From positions 1 through 63,361 of the IMG/VR virus record IMGVR_UViG_3300045581_000306: DNA of 63,361 nucleotides; one strand, 5' to 3'. The DNA comes from a virus. Taxonomy: Duplodnaviria; Caudoviricetes. Positions 61,149-63,361 of the stretch are shown piece after piece (position 1 is the stretch's first letter; every line of letters starts with the position of its first letter). The notes beneath the pieces were generated by a model. That model was given only the letters and a program-made list of their open reading frames with translations, made no database searches and was not told where the DNA came from. The position numbers and the translations under genes are program-made.

Positions 61149-61538
61149 TTATTCCTTTCGTTTAAGATAATAGATTTCACGATTCATTCGTTCCAGTCCA
61201 AGTTTATCCATGATTTCATTAGTAAATGTAGGTCGATCTGCAATTAATGGAACTCCAATATAGCTCGGCCCTCCAGTAAATTGATTATGAACTCGCCAAT
61301 CATGCATCACTTGTACAACATCTCTTGGAGTTGTAAAGTCAGGGTGGAAAGCTGGATAGATAGTTGGAATGAATACATGATCACTATAGCCAATTAGCTT
61401 ATTGTCTCGGTAATGACCATAAACATTAATTTGAGGATGATCTACAACTTGATGATCAAATGTTTCCGCGAAATCAACAAGCTCAAGAAACTCTCCAGAG
61501 TCTTTAGGAATTAATTTATATTCAATAGGTGATCTCAT
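61149..61538 (-). CDS. GNAT-like protein (putative)
   Basis: KLIGY strand, MDKLGLER motif; position between nozzle and ejection genes. Confidence 0.5.
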   Translation of the reverse strand: MRSPIEYKLIPKDSGEFLELVDFAETFDHQVVDHPQINVYGHYRDNKLIGYSDHVFIPTIYPAFHPDFTTPRDVVQVMHDWRVHNQFTGGPSYIGVPLIADRPTFTNEIMDKLGLERMNREIYYLKRKE

Positions 61539-61545
61539 GTATTTA

Positions 61546-61797
61546 TTAGTTGAAACCTACGAACACATCGTCAGGTACTGGGCCTTGCTTAAACCCAGTA
61601 TACTTTGACCCAATTTGATCCAAAACATCTTGCCGATCTTTGTATGTGCCACACAAGGCACATGGCAAGCAGTTGTTTTGATTTTTTTCAAACGGAATTG
61701 ACGAGTAAACCGGGACGATGAATTCATCGGCAAACGGACTAATGAACTTATTTGGAAAGTTCGTCAATCTTATTTTTGCTTTATCGATACTTGGCAT
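61546..61797 (-). CDS. Hypothetical protein with CxxC
   Basis: CLPCALC; tight packing. Confidence 0.65.
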   Translation of the reverse strand: MPSIDKAKIRLTNFPNKFISPFADEFIVPVYSSIPFEKNQNNCLPCALCGTYKDRQDVLDQIGSKYTGFKQGPVPDDVFVGFN

Positions 61798-61798
61798 A

Positions 61799-63361
61799 TT
61801 AGCAAGGATTGTTCGCTTTGAATTCTTGTGCGGCGTTTGTCGCGGCTTGCTCGGCTAGCTTGCTCGCCTCTTCCTTCGCATGACTATAAGAAACAGTTGA
61901 AATAAAAGATGCGCTTGCGGTAGCTGAAATAGTCTTACTGCTACTAGTACAAGACAGAGTCACAGTCTTGTAAACCTTCGCGCTCCAAGTCTGCTGATTA
62001 AGCGAAATATTTTCATATGGGCTAGGCTCAAGATCGATAGTAAAATTCTCGCCATTTGAACCAACGACACATGACTTCGTTTCGTTAGCTTGAGGGATTC
62101 CTGTGGCTTTCTCGCTCCAAGGATCGATAAACAACCGCACGATCTCAATTCCCATTTCGCCACACCATTCGACAAGAATTGAAAAAGCCTTGTCAACATC
62201 GTTGGTTAATGGGCTTTCGCAGGTTTCATACGATGGGAGCCTGCCAGCAGATTCTGTGATCAACCTGCGATATTGAGTGTTGAGAAACCCAACATTATTA
62301 ATCTGCTCTTCGTAATCTGATCCTTTATACTGCCACTCGTTCGTAACTGCCAAAATCCGCTGGTTCAAGATTGGCAGATATTTTCCCTTGCTGCCTTTGT
62401 AACTTACTTTGACATCAACTGTGCCGCCGATCTCTGTAGCTTCAATTTCAGAGTAAATAAACTGCTTTAAATCCATGCCGTCTCCGAGCAATGGAGTTTC
62501 TAACTGGCAATAAATCCGATTGTATAATTCCGTTGTAGACCCATCAGGATTGATTTGAAGATAAGAATCGTAGCGTTCTGGCTGAAATGCCTCCCAGAGA
62601 TGATTGTACGAACCATCAGCAGTCGGAGCATAGTCAATAGAAAATTGAAAGCATCGATTTTGATTGTCGATCTTGCCAGTTGTCCATTGCACCGGGCGAG
62701 TACCAGTCCATACTCCTGCCCATGCTGGTTGCCTTGCCGCGCCCCATTCTGCTGCTGGCGCATAGTCCATTACCATCGTGTCAGTATTTAGCTTTGACAA
62801 GTATGGAACGGAGTACATGAGATAGTTCTCAAATGAAACCGCACAAATGTTGGAAGGATCGCCATCCATCAATCGTTTCGTTCGCGCCATCTCGATGTCT
62901 TTAAACAAGACCTGCGATGAGAGGTAGCTTGCTGCCGCCACATCCGCCGCGACAAGTCCGCCATCCGAATACCACCACATCTGCCCTGCTTGGAACGCAA
63001 TTGAGCGAGATGCTACACAACCAACAGTCGGGTAAAGCGTATTTTGAAAATTAGCAGTAGTCGGCCATTGGGAACGATCCAAAATTCCGCTTGCAAGGGA
63101 ATAAGTAGCCCGATCTGTAAAAACGATCAAACGAGTAGATGTGTCCTGACCTACATACGAAACAAGACCTGTGACTGGTCGCACAAAAGCAAAGTCTCCG
63201 CGCCCAGTTCCTGTCTTGCGTTCCTCCCACGAGGTTGGATCGCCAAGATCGGATGCAAGAACAATATTCTTTTCGGCGATCCACATCCGATTGCCAGAAT
63301 ATGCCATGTGAGTCCCAGTTGGAATGTTGTGATCCTGATTGCCAACCTTGTCAGACCCATC
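61799..63361 (-). CDS. 3' part of tail nozzle / tubular protein B-like gene (starts at 715 across the junction)
   Basis: Beta-propeller-like pattern (GNRMWIA..., GCVA.RSI, W.G.WTG); frame open to the window end. Confidence 0.8.
   Translation of the reverse strand, partial: DGSDKVGNQDHNIPTGTHMAYSGNRMWIAEKNIVLASDLGDPTSWEERKTGTGRGDFAFVRPVTGLVSYVGQDTSTRLIVFTDRATYSLASGILDRSQWPTTANFQNTLYPTVGCVASRSIAFQAGQMWWYSDGGLVAADVAAASYLSSQVLFKDIEMARTKRLMDGDPSNICAVSFENYLMYSVPYLSKLNTDTMVMDYAPAAEWGAARQPAWAGVWTGTRPVQWTTGKIDNQNRCFQFSIDYAPTADGSYNHLWEAFQPERYDSYLQINPDGSTTELYNRIYCQLETPLLGDGMDLKQFIYSEIEATEIGGTVDVKVSYKGSKGKYLPILNQRILAVTNEWQYKGSDYEEQINNVGFLNTQYRRLITESAGRLPSYETCESPLTNDVDKAFSILVEWCGEMGIEIVRLFIDPWSEKATGIPQANETKSCVVGSNGENFTIDLEPSPYENISLNQQTWSAKVYKTVTLSCTSSSKTISATASASFISTVSYSHAKEEASKLAEQAATNAAQEFKANNPC
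63236..63361. repeat. Terminal direct repeat, copy 2
   Basis: Identical to 23-148. Confidence 0.95.

Noticed and set aside
63236-63361. 126-bp repeat as a biological direct terminal repeat
   Set aside because: It falls inside a structural gene and its length is typical of assembler k-mer overlap.

Overview
The window looks like a complete, circularly permuted genome (unique length 63,213 bp) of a podovirus-type dsDNA phage. Bases 63236-63361 repeat 23-148, and bases 1-22 are probably a fold-back artefact. Almost every credible gene is on the minus strand. Reading that strand from about 46.3 kb, the order is: early accessory cassettes with four related sigma70-like promoters; recombination and replication genes (SSAP, PD-(D/E)XK nuclease, YdaU/DUF1376-type initiator with a probable internal origin, DnaC-like loader, SSB, RusA-like); terS, MazG, GT4, dCMP deaminase; terL, portal, scaffold, tRNA-Leu, two glycosyltransferases, major capsid; modular head fibres; lysis cassette interrupted by an antisense HNH gene; collagen tail fibres, tailspikes, a 1167-aa adaptor and a nozzle gene that spans the contig junction; an ejection-protein block ending in a 2835-aa polyvalent protein; tRNA-fMet. 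I recognised no integrase, DNA polymerase or CRISPR array. PATR repeats and A-rich start regions without Shine-Dalgarno sites suggest a Verrucomicrobiota/PVC host (inference). The best candidate for an undescribed system is the 57-61.5 kb block: five proteins begin Met-Gly-Gly, three of them end in F-G-G-X, and they are interleaved with a GNAT-like protein, a PP-loop (PAPS-reductase family) enzyme and a YkgJ-type Cys-cluster protein. This may be a virion-protein modification or ligation system. Other highlights are RusA motifs split between two overlapping frames, plug-and-socket fibre modules, a conserved promoter/operator/leader set and apparent CCWGG avoidance. All family assignments come from motif recognition by eye, not database searches.
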